This document shows positions 1 through 8,490 of a stretch of DNA of 64,000 nt, in pieces (positions within the stretch are counted from its first letter, which is position 1; the number at the start of each line of letters is the position of its first letter). The notes beneath the pieces are model-generated. The model was given only the letters and a program-made list of their open reading frames with translations. It did not search any database and was not told the DNA's origin. The stretch spans positions 177 through 64,176 of IMG/VR virus record IMGVR_UViG_3300031146_000002; one strand, written 5' to 3'. The stretch is from a virus. Both the position numbers and the translations under genes were made by a program.

Positions 1-2
1 GG

Positions 3-341
3 CCGCTCCCGGTACTCGATGGCCCGGCGGCACGTGCCGTAGTCGGACGGGCCGACCCCCCAGCCGTTACCGAGCCGTCCGGCGCGCTGGATCTCGGAGT
101 GGGCGGCGATGTCCGCGAGCGGGTCGCTCTCGTCCGCCGCGGCAGCGCGCCGGGCCAATTCCCACGCCGGATCGACGCGGAACTCGGAGCAGGCCGCGGT
201 CGAGTGGTCCGGTCTGGTTGCCCCGCAGACGCAGACGGCCGTGTCCGGGTCATTCGCCCGGCCAGCGGCCACGAACTCCCGGGCCCGGAGCACCTCCGGG
301 GAGAGATCAGCAGGCGCCGAAGCGCCCACAGTGCTCGTCAT
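3..341 (-). CDS. Hypothetical protein, partial (runs off left edge)
   Basis: Manual translation MTSTVGASAPADLSPEVLRAREF..., open to the window edge. GGGAGG RBS upstream and hairpin element at 362-382. Confidence 0.6.
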   Translation of the reverse strand, partial: MTSTVGASAPADLSPEVLRAREFVAAGRANDPDTAVCVCGATRPDHSTAACSEFRVDPAWELARRAAAADESDPLADIAAHSEIQRAGRLGNGWGVGPSDYGTCRRAIEYRER

Positions 342-361
342 AGGGCGGTTCCTCCCTTTTG

Positions 362-382
362 GGGCGGGTCGCTCACCCGCCT
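362..382 (-). promoter_or_regulatory. Leader hairpin element, variant copy (AGGCGGG-TGAGCGA-CCCGCCC)
   Basis: Same loop as other copies; T-A to G-C compensatory stem change; just upstream of RBS of the gene starting at 341. Confidence 0.65.
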
Positions 383-583
383 ACGCGACCCAGGCCGGCA
401 CCGTAGGTGCGGGCCTGGGTTTGCGTCGCGCCCACATCCTACGGGCGCTAGTCACAGTTATGCAAACTGCGCGGACCCCTGCGCGGCGGGCGTCGGCGTG
501 TCGCGCGCGCCGCGGAACTGGCCAGCCGCTAAGCTGAAGGAGCTTCCTTTAGATCCTGGTTCAGGGTCTCGTGGATGAAGGCG

Positions 584-618
584 ACAGAGCCCCACCTCAT
601 CTCAGGGTGGGGCTCTGT
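584..618. terminator. Probable intrinsic terminator hairpin downstream of TA-like pair
   Basis: ACAGAGCCCCACC / GGTGGGGCTCTGT perfect 13-bp inverted repeat. Confidence 0.6.
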
Positions 619-653
619 TACGTCTACGAGGCTGGCGAAACGAACCGCGGTGT

Positions 654-938
654 CTATGCCGCCTCGCGCTTGGCGAGGCGGGCGATCGCTGCCTGTAGGT
701 CGGCGACGCTCACGGTGGCGGACTGGTCAATCTCGGTGAGGCCTCTGTCGAGGATCTCCCGCATCAGCGCGGAGGGCTTCATCTGGCGTCGCTCGGCCTC
801 GCGGAAGATCCGCTCGGCCAAGGCGACCGGCATCCGCAGCGACATGACGACGGTTTCGGCTGGCTGGCCGGTGTCGGGAACCGCCCGGGACCAGTCGCGT
901 GACTCGAGGTGATCCGCCACTCTCATCGTCTTACCCAT
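654..938 (-). CDS. Ribbon-helix-helix/CopG-like protein, putative BrnA-like antitoxin
   Basis: VVMSLRMPVALAERIFREAERRQMKPSALMREIL is an RHH pattern; overlaps upstream toxin-like gene by 8 nt. Confidence 0.65.
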   Translation of the reverse strand: MGKTMRVADHLESRDWSRAVPDTGQPAETVVMSLRMPVALAERIFREAERRQMKPSALMREILDRGLTEIDQSATVSVADLQAAIARLAKREAA

Positions 939-1212
939 GGCTCTCTCCCCTCATCCGTGCGATGGCCTGGATCTCCTCCTGGTCGAGGTACCGGGCGGAC
1001 AGGACGAGGTACTCGTCGTCCCCCTGCTCGATCAGGGCGACCACCAGCCAGGTTCCGGCCCGGTCCTGGCCGGCGATGTGGAGGACCGAGCCGATGTGCC
1101 GTCGGGCGACCCTCCCGCCGTGGAGTACCTGCAGCACCGAAATGGGGCTGACCTCGACCTCGGCCAACCGGTCAAAGGTCTCCTCGGTGAAGTGGTATCG
1201 CTCCTCGGGCAC
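931..1212 (-). CDS. Putative BrnT-like toxin
   Basis: 93 aa; GQDRAGTWLVVALIE...VLSARYLDQEE resembles the BrnT pattern; precedes an RHH gene. Confidence 0.55.
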   Translation of the reverse strand: MPEERYHFTEETFDRLAEVEVSPISVLQVLHGGRVARRHIGSVLHIAGQDRAGTWLVVALIEQGDDEYLVLSARYLDQEEIQAIARMRGESHG

Positions 1213-1284
1213 ACGACCACTGTATTACAAGTGTAAACATGATCTTCTAATCTGGTAGCAGTTAGCAGCAGATTTGGCGGAAAG

Positions 1285-1328
1285 CGGTTGGGCCCGGGGT
1301 GGCTGTACGCCCACCCCGGGCCCAACCG
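1285..1328. terminator. Terminator hairpin downstream of Bet-like gene
   Basis: 18-bp perfect inverted repeat CGGTTGGGCCCGGGGTGG with 8-nt loop. Confidence 0.7.
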
Positions 1329-1340
1329 TCCGTGCCAGGA

Positions 1341-2609
1341 TCACGCCTGGCCGGCGCCCTCGGCTGCGTTGAGCAGTTCCGTGAGCTCCTCGAGCGACCG
1401 GCCGAACAGCAGCTGGACCGTGTTCGGGGCCGTCACGGTGCTGTAGGCGTCCGCCTCCTCGTGCAGGCCGGCGACCCGCAGCCGGTTGACCACCGCGGGC
1501 CGGACCGTCTGCACCAGCTCGGCCAGCTGCTCCTCGCTCAGCTGGTCCACCTCGTCGACGCCGTGAAGGCTCAGCTGCCGATGCGCCAGGGTCTCCCGCG
1601 CGACGCTCATGACGAGGGCCTGGGCGGTGAGCTCGTCCAGCAGCAGTGCCTTCCGGTCGACCTCAGCCGGAGCGTCCGGCAGCGGGTCCTCGGCGGCGGC
1701 CGCCGGCGCAGTGGCCGGCGGTGGCGCGGCGGCCGCCTGCTGGGCCGCCAGCATGGCCTCCTCGCGCCGCTTGCGCGCCCTCTCCGCGGCCTCTGCGGCG
1801 CGCGCCGCACGGTCCTCCTCCGCCTGCCGGGCCAACTCCTCCGGGGTGAAAACGCCGCTGAGGATCTGTGGGAACGCCTGCCGAAGCGCGAGCGCCTCGG
1901 CGACCTTGGCGAGCATCAGGCAGGCCTTGCCGCCCTGCGCGCCGGGCAACCACATCTTCACCGGCTTCCGGCCGATCTCGATCCGTTCTTTGCCGTCCGG
2001 TCCGGTGCCGTAGATCGGCTCCGTCGGGGCCACCTCGTCGTAGTAGACGACGCCGTAGATGATCTGGTCGTTGGCCTCGCGCATGACCCCGACCCGGCAG
2101 GCGAGCGGGGCACGGTTACGGTCCGTCCAGACATCCCTCCACACACCGTCCTCGCCGGCGAACTGCGGGGGCAGCTGGCCGCGGTACTCGCCGGTCTGCT
2201 CGCAGCGGGCACGCATGGTGTGGATCGAGACGTGCCGCACGTACCGCGCGCCGCCGAACGGGTCCCGGTACCGGAACAAGTAGATCTCGTTGAGCCACGG
2301 GTTGAAGCCCTGCGCCAGGGCGGCGACCAGGAACAGCTTGACGGCGGCAGGGTCCCAGTCGGCCTCGATGCCGAGCGGGCCGAGCACCGACATCTGCGCC
2401 TCGGTGAGGGTCTTCTGGTCCGGGGTGAAGGTCAGGATCAGGCCCGCGACCGGCGTGGGGATGTGGATGGTGCCGTCGGGGTCCGACCACGGCCCGCGGT
2501 GGAGGGTGACGTCGGGGCGGATCGCGACGACCTGACCCCCAGCCGAAGCGTCACCGGTCTCGTCGGGGTCGTCGGGAAGGTGGGCAGGGTCAACGACAGC
2601 AGCAGTCAT
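1341..2609 (-). CDS. bet: Single-strand annealing protein, Bet/RecT family, with C-terminal extension
   Basis: LFLVAALAQGFNPWLNEIY, VSIHTMRARCEQTGEYRG and MLAKVAEALALRQAFP are Bet-like motifs. Confidence 0.85.
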   Translation of the reverse strand: MTAAVVDPAHLPDDPDETGDASAGGQVVAIRPDVTLHRGPWSDPDGTIHIPTPVAGLILTFTPDQKTLTEAQMSVLGPLGIEADWDPAAVKLFLVAALAQGFNPWLNEIYLFRYRDPFGGARYVRHVSIHTMRARCEQTGEYRGQLPPQFAGEDGVWRDVWTDRNRAPLACRVGVMREANDQIIYGVVYYDEVAPTEPIYGTGPDGKERIEIGRKPVKMWLPGAQGGKACLMLAKVAEALALRQAFPQILSGVFTPEELARQAEEDRAARAAEAAERARKRREEAMLAAQQAAAAPPPATAPAAAAEDPLPDAPAEVDRKALLLDELTAQALVMSVARETLAHRQLSLHGVDEVDQLSEEQLAELVQTVRPAVVNRLRVAGLHEEADAYSTVTAPNTVQLLFGRSLEELTELLNAAEGAGQA

Positions 2610-2631
2610 GGGTGGTTAGTCCCTTCGCGTG

Positions 2632-2652
2632 GCGCCCGTCGCTCACGGGCGA
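2632..2652 (-). promoter_or_regulatory. Leader hairpin element, swapped-stem copy (TCGCCCG-TGAGCGA-CGGGCGC)
   Basis: Identical loop with a different but complementary stem; just upstream of the bet RBS. Confidence 0.65.
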
Positions 2653-3046
2653 TGATCTGCCGCGGACGCTCCTTGCGTCCGACCAGCAGTCTACTCCGGG
2701 CCGCCGACAGCGAGGAAATGATCAAGGCCCGGTCCGATGGACCGGGCCCGTCACGTAGGTCTCACCTGCAGCAGCTAGTCCGGATCTACGCGCGAGCGAA
2801 ACACTCCCCGGACAGGCACCCGGGCCCCCAGGGTTGGCACACCAGCTGTAGAGACAGCCGGCCGGCCGGCGGAAGGTACACTCCGACCGCGTTGGCGCCT
2901 AACCCAGGGCAGCGGATGCTTTTCGCTGCGACAAGTCTGAGACCTGTCGTAGTGACTGTAGCAAGATTCCCCGGGGCGAGGCGAATGGCTCGCCCTGATC
3001 TCCGGCCGGTACCATCCGATGTGACGTTGAGCGACCGTCTGAGGGG

Positions 3047-3532
3047 GTGCCCATGCCTGTAGAGGTAGATCCTGCCCGGCTTGCTGCCCTGGGCATGGCT
3101 GAGGACGACCAGTACCGGGAAGCCTTCATCGCCTACCTTGACCGCGGCCGGCCCGACGATCTCGCCGTGCTGTTCCGGCACCCAGCCCTTCGGCGCCGCA
3201 CGCAAAAGGCAATCGCGAAGGTGCTCCGATACGCGGATCGGCACGGCGACCGTCACGGCGCCCCCGAGAAGGACCGCGCCGCGTGGCGGCACCGGCGCGA
3301 GCAGGCGAAGGCTGAGCGCGCCGTGCTGCTCAGCCTGGCTGATACCGAGGCAGGCCCGCCTTCCCTGCGTCGGCTGGCCTTCCAGCGGCTCGCCGAGGAG
3401 TACGCGGACGACTGGCGGACGCTGGTGGATACCCGCCCTTCGCCGGTGAGTATGCGCGCGTTGGTCCAGCTCACCCCCGGGCATGCCCGTCGGTTCCTCC
3501 AGCTGCTCCGCGAGGAGCGGGAGCGGGCCTAG
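3047..3532 (+). CDS. Hypothetical helical protein
   Basis: 161-aa ORF with GAGGGGG RBS-like sequence; converges on the holin-like gene. Confidence 0.65.
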   Translation: MPMPVEVDPARLAALGMAEDDQYREAFIAYLDRGRPDDLAVLFRHPALRRRTQKAIAKVLRYADRHGDRHGAPEKDRAAWRHRREQAKAERAVLLSLADTEAGPPSLRRLAFQRLAEEYADDWRTLVDTRPSPVSMRALVQLTPGHARRFLQLLREERERA

Positions 3533-3963
3533 GGCGAGGACGAGGCCGCAGCCGCCGTCGGGTAGCCCTCCGGGTGGCTGGTGTTGACCGACGCCACACC
3601 CACCGCACGCCCGTCCGGGTAGGGGGTATCGACCACGGCACCGACGACCTGGCCGTCCACCGTCTTCTGCTGGTTCTGCACGGCCGCGGAGATGCGGGAC
3701 AGCACGGTTCGGTAGGCCGCCTCGGAGACGGCGACGACGACGGCGACCACGGTCAGCCAGTGCATGCCGTTGGTGATCTGGCCGGTGGCGATCGCGTCGC
3801 CTACGCCGGTGCACACCGCGATGACGAGCGCGGCGAGCTGCTTCTTCCAGCCCGTCCACCACTCGGGGTGGACGTTGGTGACGAGCGAGGTGAGCAGGGA
3901 GGCGACAACGCCGAGCGCCAGCGCCAGCGAGTGAGCGTCTGTCCACAGGAGAACGTCAGTCAT
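3529..3963 (-). CDS. Holin-like membrane protein
   Basis: About three hydrophobic segments; located after the tail genes. Confidence 0.65.
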   Translation of the reverse strand: MTDVLLWTDAHSLALALGVVASLLTSLVTNVHPEWWTGWKKQLAALVIAVCTGVGDAIATGQITNGMHWLTVVAVVVAVSEAAYRTVLSRISAAVQNQQKTVDGQVVGAVVDTPYPDGRAVGVASVNTSHPEGYPTAAAASSSP

Positions 3964-4217
3964 GCCCGCCAGGATGCGCGGTCGCCTCCTCTTGCGTCCT
4001 CGCGGTGCTCACGGCCGGCCGGGTCACCGGAGCCGAGGGCAAGCGGAAGGCCGAGGAGCACCATCGCCACGGTGATGACTCCCCACCGCATCTCGTCGGT
4101 GACGACGACCTCGTAGATCAGGACGCCGGCACCGAGGAGGTAGGACACCAGATCTCGAACGGATCGGAAGCCCGTGGGGAGGCGCCGGCGCGGTGGTTTC
4201 CTGTGCGCACCGGCCAT
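3960..4217 (-). CDS. Small membrane protein (lysis region)
   Basis: Two hydrophobic segments; 4-nt overlap with holin-like gene; start revised to the ATG 7 nt after the promoter element. Confidence 0.65.
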   Translation of the reverse strand: MAGAHRKPPRRRLPTGFRSVRDLVSYLLGAGVLIYEVVVTDEMRWGVITVAMVLLGLPLALGSGDPAGREHREDARGGDRASWRA

Positions 4218-4282
4218 GCCCGCCACCATAGGCGGCGGTCACAGCTACCGTCACCGATCGCTTAGATCGGGCTCATGTAGTC
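4213..4282. repeat. ~70-bp direct repeat, copy 1 (copy 2 at 4988-5056)
   Basis: Two substitutions and one indel; spans a gene 3' end, a promoter element and the next ATG. Confidence 0.9.
4225..4252 (-). promoter_or_regulatory. Putative late promoter
   Basis: GACGGTAG-N14-TATGGT-N7-ATG. Confidence 0.65.
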
Positions 4283-4762
4283 GAACCTGCCGACGATCGC
4301 GTCCCCGGGGGCGAACGGGAAGGGCACGTTGTTGCGGATGTATGCCGCTCCTGAGCCGTCAAGGAGCGACAGGTCCGCCACCGCGACTCCACCGGGGCCA
4401 CCGCTCCCCGTGTTGCGCGTCAGGAAGCCGAGCACAGACCCCCCTGTGTTGGAGTCGTCGCGGACGGTGAACTGACCCCAGATGTCGGCTCGCCCGGTCG
4501 ATCCGCCGGAGAAGAACCCGGTTGCCGGCGTGGGAAGGGTCACCCTGTATATGCCGTCGCCAGGATTGGCGCCTTGACCGAAGAGGATGTATAGCTCGCC
4601 CCACACTCTCCCTGTGATCGGGTCACGCCACCAGCGCCCGCCCGTGCTTCCAGCGCCGATCGACGGGTTAGTGATCGACGCCAGCAACTGCGGCTGGTAG
4701 GTCTGCATCTGGATGGCGTGATGCTCGACCCGGATCTTGCCGAGGGGGCCTGGCTGAGTCAT
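4262..4762 (-). CDS. Small tail-associated beta protein, paralog A
   Basis: Shares GRWWRDPITGRVWG and FDYMSPI with 5036-5539; follows tail proteins. Confidence 0.7.
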   Translation of the reverse strand: MTQPGPLGKIRVEHHAIQMQTYQPQLLASITNPSIGAGSTGGRWWRDPITGRVWGELYILFGQGANPGDGIYRVTLPTPATGFFSGGSTGRADIWGQFTVRDDSNTGGSVLGFLTRNTGSGGPGGVAVADLSLLDGSGAAYIRNNVPFPFAPGDAIVGRFDYMSPI

Positions 4763-4799
4763 GGCAGCCTTTCGTGACTTCCCGCGGAATGGATAGAGG

Positions 4800-4827
4800 A
4801 TGTTGTCAAGCGGTCCGGACTAATGTC
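4800..4827 (-). promoter_or_regulatory. Putative late promoter
   Basis: GACATTAG-N14-CAACAT upstream of the gene starting at 4762. Confidence 0.55.
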
Positions 4828-4833
4828 GCGGCG

Positions 4834-4992
4834 TCAGGGCGGGCCCGGATAGCAGAACGTGGCCGCGACCGCATCGCCATTCGTCCATGCAAACGGGTAG
4901 GCGTGGGTGACGTTCGTGGCGGTGCCGTCGAACAGAGACAGGAATGCGAGAGCGACCCCACCGGGCCCTGCGTTGACCGTGTTGCGAGCCAT
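4834..4992 (-). CDS. 52-aa ORF matching the C-terminal third of the flanking paralogs (not in ORF track)
   Basis: MARNTVNAGPGGVALAFLSLFDGTATNVTHAYPFAWTNGDAVAATFCYPGPP aligns to TRNT..GGPGGVA...LS.LDG......P......DAI...F.Y of both neighbours. Confidence 0.6.
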   Translation of the reverse strand: MARNTVNAGPGGVALAFLSLFDGTATNVTHAYPFAWTNGDAVAATFCYPGPP

Positions 4993-5056
4993 GCCCGCAA
5001 CCATAGGCGGCGGTAACAGCTACCGTCACCGATCGCTAGATCGGGCTCATGTAGTC
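4988..5056. repeat. ~70-bp direct repeat, copy 2
   Basis: Near-identical to 4213-4282. Confidence 0.9.
5000..5027 (-). promoter_or_regulatory. Putative late promoter
   Basis: GACGGTAG-N14-TATGGT-N7-ATG (4992). Confidence 0.6.
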
Positions 5057-5539
5057 AAACTTGCCGGCGATCGCATCGCGTGGGGCCCACGTCCATGGTG
5101 TCTGGTGGTCCACTCGGACGTTCGTTCCGTCCAAGATTGACAGGTGGACCAGTGCCACACCGCCGGGGCCACCGGCCTGGGTGTTGCGGGTCAAGTACCC
5201 TCGGCGAGACGCCGACGAGGCGGAGTCGTCGCGGATGCTGAACCAGCCCAGAATGTCGGCCTGGCCAACGGATGTCGACTCGAAGCCATCGAACGCCGTG
5301 GGCATGGTGACGCTGTATATGCCGTTACCGGCAGAAGTGCCCGCGGTGCCGAACTTAATAATGAAGTCGCCCCACACCCGTCCGGTGATGGGGTCACGCC
5401 ACCAGCGGCCGCGTACTAGTGGATCGGTACCCAGCGTTGGGTTGGTGTTCTCGGCAAGCAGCTGCGGCGTGTACGACTGAACCTTGATGACATGCTGCTC
5501 GGCGCGAATCCTGCCGAGGGGCATGACGGGCAGTGTCAC
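5036..5539 (-). CDS. Small tail-associated beta protein, paralog B
   Basis: Paralog of 4262-4762; GGAGG RBS. Confidence 0.7.
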   Translation of the reverse strand: MTLPVMPLGRIRAEQHVIKVQSYTPQLLAENTNPTLGTDPLVRGRWWRDPITGRVWGDFIIKFGTAGTSAGNGIYSVTMPTAFDGFESTSVGQADILGWFSIRDDSASSASRRGYLTRNTQAGGPGGVALVHLSILDGTNVRVDHQTPWTWAPRDAIAGKFDYMSPI

Positions 5540-5621
5540 GGGACAGACCTCCCGATCGCAGTTTAGGTCGATCGGGATGGTGCCGAGCGATGCGCGTTAC
5601 CGTCCCAGGGTCAGATCCGAG

Positions 5622-8480
5622 TCAAGGCAGGTACCTAGGGATCTTCGCTGGATGGATCTCCGCCCCGGCCGGGATCGTGCCGGTGGCCGGCCCAGCCACC
5701 GGCGTCTGCGAGATGGTGAACGCCTGCGGGCTGGAAGCGCCGGTGATGGCGGTGACCTCGAGCTCCCAGTCTGCGACCGCGATGACGAGCGGGAACTCGT
5801 CCGGGTCGGTGGGGCAGAGCGCCGGGGCGTCCACGTTGACGAGTAGGGCGGTGTCGACACCGACCTGGAACGGTGCTGCGACGGTGAGGCCGTCGCTGTC
5901 ATAGCGGTCCACGTCGTACAGGGCTGGCTCGATCGGACCCTCGTGGGTGGTGATCTCGGCGGCGCGGACTGACACGAAATGGGTTGGCGGCAGCACGATC
6001 CTTGCCGAGCCTTGCACCGTCCACGTGCGACCAGTGGCATCCAGGAAGGTGGTCAATCCAGGGGCGAGCCTGGAGAAGTCGACCTTGGCGACGATCACCC
6101 CGTCGAAGCCGCCGTCGCGGAGCTCGAAGGAGTGGATGGTGCCGGCGAACATCTCGAGAGTCCCACCCTCCCGGCTCCCCACCTCGACGGGGGCGTCCGA
6201 CGAGAGCATGGTCAGCTCAGCCGCCTCCAGCGGGTCACCGAGCTCGACCCAGGGGCCGTCCATGCTCGGCGCGGTGTAGTAGATGCACCGCGAAACGGAG
6301 CCGGCGTGGCCAGCCCAGTCGAGGCCGACGCAGAGACGGCCAGCCGACGGCGACGCGGCCGCGATCGTGGACACATAGTTCTCTGTTGAGAACCCGTCGT
6401 TGGAGACGTCGAGCCGGAGCCGCCCATCGGACTGAAGCCTCAGACGCCAAGAGCGACGAAGGCCGATGCCGATGTACTTGGCCGCGATCGTCTGCTCGCT
6501 GGCCGGCCTCCATGTGTTGGGCGTGATCTCCACCCGGACGCCGAACCGGTTGGGGGTGGTGAGGGCCGGGTGGTGTGGGGTAAACGCGAAGCTGCCTACC
6601 GCCCCGGGTAGCTTGAGGCCGCCAGGCTCCTCTAGGCCTGGGCCGGGCCCGATGGCGTGGCCGAACGAAAGGTACCGCGGCGGTTGGGTCAGGAGGTCGT
6701 CGTCTTCGACGATGAGGGTTTTAACGCCATTACGCAGGACGTGGATCTCGTTCAGCACTACGTGCAGCTCCATCTGAACGTCCTGGCCGGGCAACAAGCC
6801 CAGGACGGTGGCGGAAGCCAGCTCGGTCACGACGCCATCGACCCACCGGTGGACCGATAGCTTTCCCGACGGGTACGCCAGCCGAACCTCGTACCCGTTG
6901 AGCTCGGCGGATTGGTCCGTAGTGGACAGGTGCGCGGTCCACGTCCACCCGGAGGCGTCGCCAACCGACTCGGCTCGCCACGTCCAGCGGATCTCGGCGG
7001 CGCCATCGACGTCGTAGGGGATTGGGTTGGCCCAGCCTTGGGTGACCCAGGTGGAGCTTTCGAATGGGCCGGACAAGAGCTGGGGCACCACCCACCGATC
7101 CGGCGCCAGGAACGTCCCTCGATCCGCCACCCCGTGCTTGACGAACATGCCCGGCCAGGGTGCCTGGCCACGGTACGGGCTCGCGGCGGTCCGGTACCGG
7201 CCGGGGTCGCCTAGGTAGAGCGGCTCGGACGTGATCCAGCCATACGGCCCGTCGCCCCACTCGTCCCGCGACACGTGGTCAAAGGCGTGCACGAGAACAC
7301 GGAGGTCCGCTGCGACGTACTGTTCCGCGAGCTCCGGATACGCGCTGTCTGCGGCGAACAGCAGCCATCGGGCCCCGGTCGCAATCACCATCGCCGGCGG
7401 CGGCCGGTGGCCACCGAGGTTGGGGCTCGAGGCGTACCCCATCGCCTGGATGCCGGCTTGGGCCGCGGCCGCGGCACCGGCGAGGCCGATCGAACCGACC
7501 ACAACCCATTCCTGGGCGCGGTGGCGGAGAACGAGTTCAACGATCGCGGGAACGTCGGCGGTGTTCGAGGCGAACAGGAATACCGGCACGCGACCGTCCA
7601 CCTGGGTCAGGATCTCGTCGACCGTGATGACCGGGTACCCGGTGGACCAAGTACCGAACGAGAGGTCGGCCGCGGCGGGATGACCGATCGCTGTGGCCAG
7701 CGGCGACTGGTAGATGCTCGCGATGTCGGTCGAGAGCCCTAGGTGCGGGTTGAGCTGGCTGAGGAAGGCCGAGGGCACGAGGATGCCTTCGCCCGTGCGA
7801 ATAACGTCGACCCAGATCGGGATTGATGCTGATACAGCCCACGCGAGGGTCTGCGGATACGGTCCGGGCATCTGGCCGGGGAGCCGGATGTCGAGCAGGG
7901 CCACGCCCTTGGGCAGCTCGTCCGGGTAGAACTCTGGCCCAGGGAACCCTGGCCGCCACAGCTGCCCGTCCGGGTTGACGAGCAACGTGCCGTCGAGTGG
8001 CGGCACCGGGGAGACATCGGACAGCTCGGCGAGCCGTGGCGGCACCGCGGCCGGCAGCTGCTCGGCGGGAATTCTGCCACCACTGTCCAACGTGGCCAGA
8101 CCGTTGGGCTGCCCGGCGGATGCCTCAAGCGTCTGCAGGCGGGCGGTCACGTCCTGCGCTGTGGTGGTCGCGACCAGTAGCGCGTCTTCAATCGCGTCGA
8201 TCCGGTCAGCAAGACCAGTTGCGTGGACCAGGAGCCGGCCGCGGCCGAAGTCCACCCACAACTCGTCAACGTTGTTGGGGCCGAAAAACCGGAGGCGGGC
8301 CTGTCGGTCGGAGATCAGCACACCGTCGGGGATCGGTCGGCCTTCCTCGTCGAGCAGGTCGGTGTAGCGGACGCCGCCGGTTTGGGCTGACCAGGCGGTG
8401 CCGCGGGCGCCCGGGATGGCGGGGCCGGCCGGCGATCGTGTGACGAGCGCGGGTGTACCGCCGAACAGAAACCTGGGCAC
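5622..8480 (-). CDS. Tail/receptor-binding protein 3: shared N-terminal domain, degenerate GDPD-like domain, lectin/LamG-like beta domains
   Basis: N-terminus paralogous to the next two genes; GLATLDSGGRIP motif; eroded GDPD-like segment; beta-rich C-terminus. Confidence 0.65.
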   Translation of the reverse strand: MPRFLFGGTPALVTRSPAGPAIPGARGTAWSAQTGGVRYTDLLDEEGRPIPDGVLISDRQARLRFFGPNNVDELWVDFGRGRLLVHATGLADRIDAIEDALLVATTTAQDVTARLQTLEASAGQPNGLATLDSGGRIPAEQLPAAVPPRLAELSDVSPVPPLDGTLLVNPDGQLWRPGFPGPEFYPDELPKGVALLDIRLPGQMPGPYPQTLAWAVSASIPIWVDVIRTGEGILVPSAFLSQLNPHLGLSTDIASIYQSPLATAIGHPAAADLSFGTWSTGYPVITVDEILTQVDGRVPVFLFASNTADVPAIVELVLRHRAQEWVVVGSIGLAGAAAAAQAGIQAMGYASSPNLGGHRPPPAMVIATGARWLLFAADSAYPELAEQYVAADLRVLVHAFDHVSRDEWGDGPYGWITSEPLYLGDPGRYRTAASPYRGQAPWPGMFVKHGVADRGTFLAPDRWVVPQLLSGPFESSTWVTQGWANPIPYDVDGAAEIRWTWRAESVGDASGWTWTAHLSTTDQSAELNGYEVRLAYPSGKLSVHRWVDGVVTELASATVLGLLPGQDVQMELHVVLNEIHVLRNGVKTLIVEDDDLLTQPPRYLSFGHAIGPGPGLEEPGGLKLPGAVGSFAFTPHHPALTTPNRFGVRVEITPNTWRPASEQTIAAKYIGIGLRRSWRLRLQSDGRLRLDVSNDGFSTENYVSTIAAASPSAGRLCVGLDWAGHAGSVSRCIYYTAPSMDGPWVELGDPLEAAELTMLSSDAPVEVGSREGGTLEMFAGTIHSFELRDGGFDGVIVAKVDFSRLAPGLTTFLDATGRTWTVQGSARIVLPPTHFVSVRAAEITTHEGPIEPALYDVDRYDSDGLTVAAPFQVGVDTALLVNVDAPALCPTDPDEFPLVIAVADWELEVTAITGASSPQAFTISQTPVAGPATGTIPAGAEIHPAKIPRYLP

Positions 8481-8490
8481 GGTGGCGCTC

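Noticed and set aside
2653-3046. ~400-bp non-coding gap with a small hairpin (2726-2748) as origin or packaging site
   Set aside because: No iterons, AT-rich unwinding region or replication gene nearby; most simply divergent promoters.
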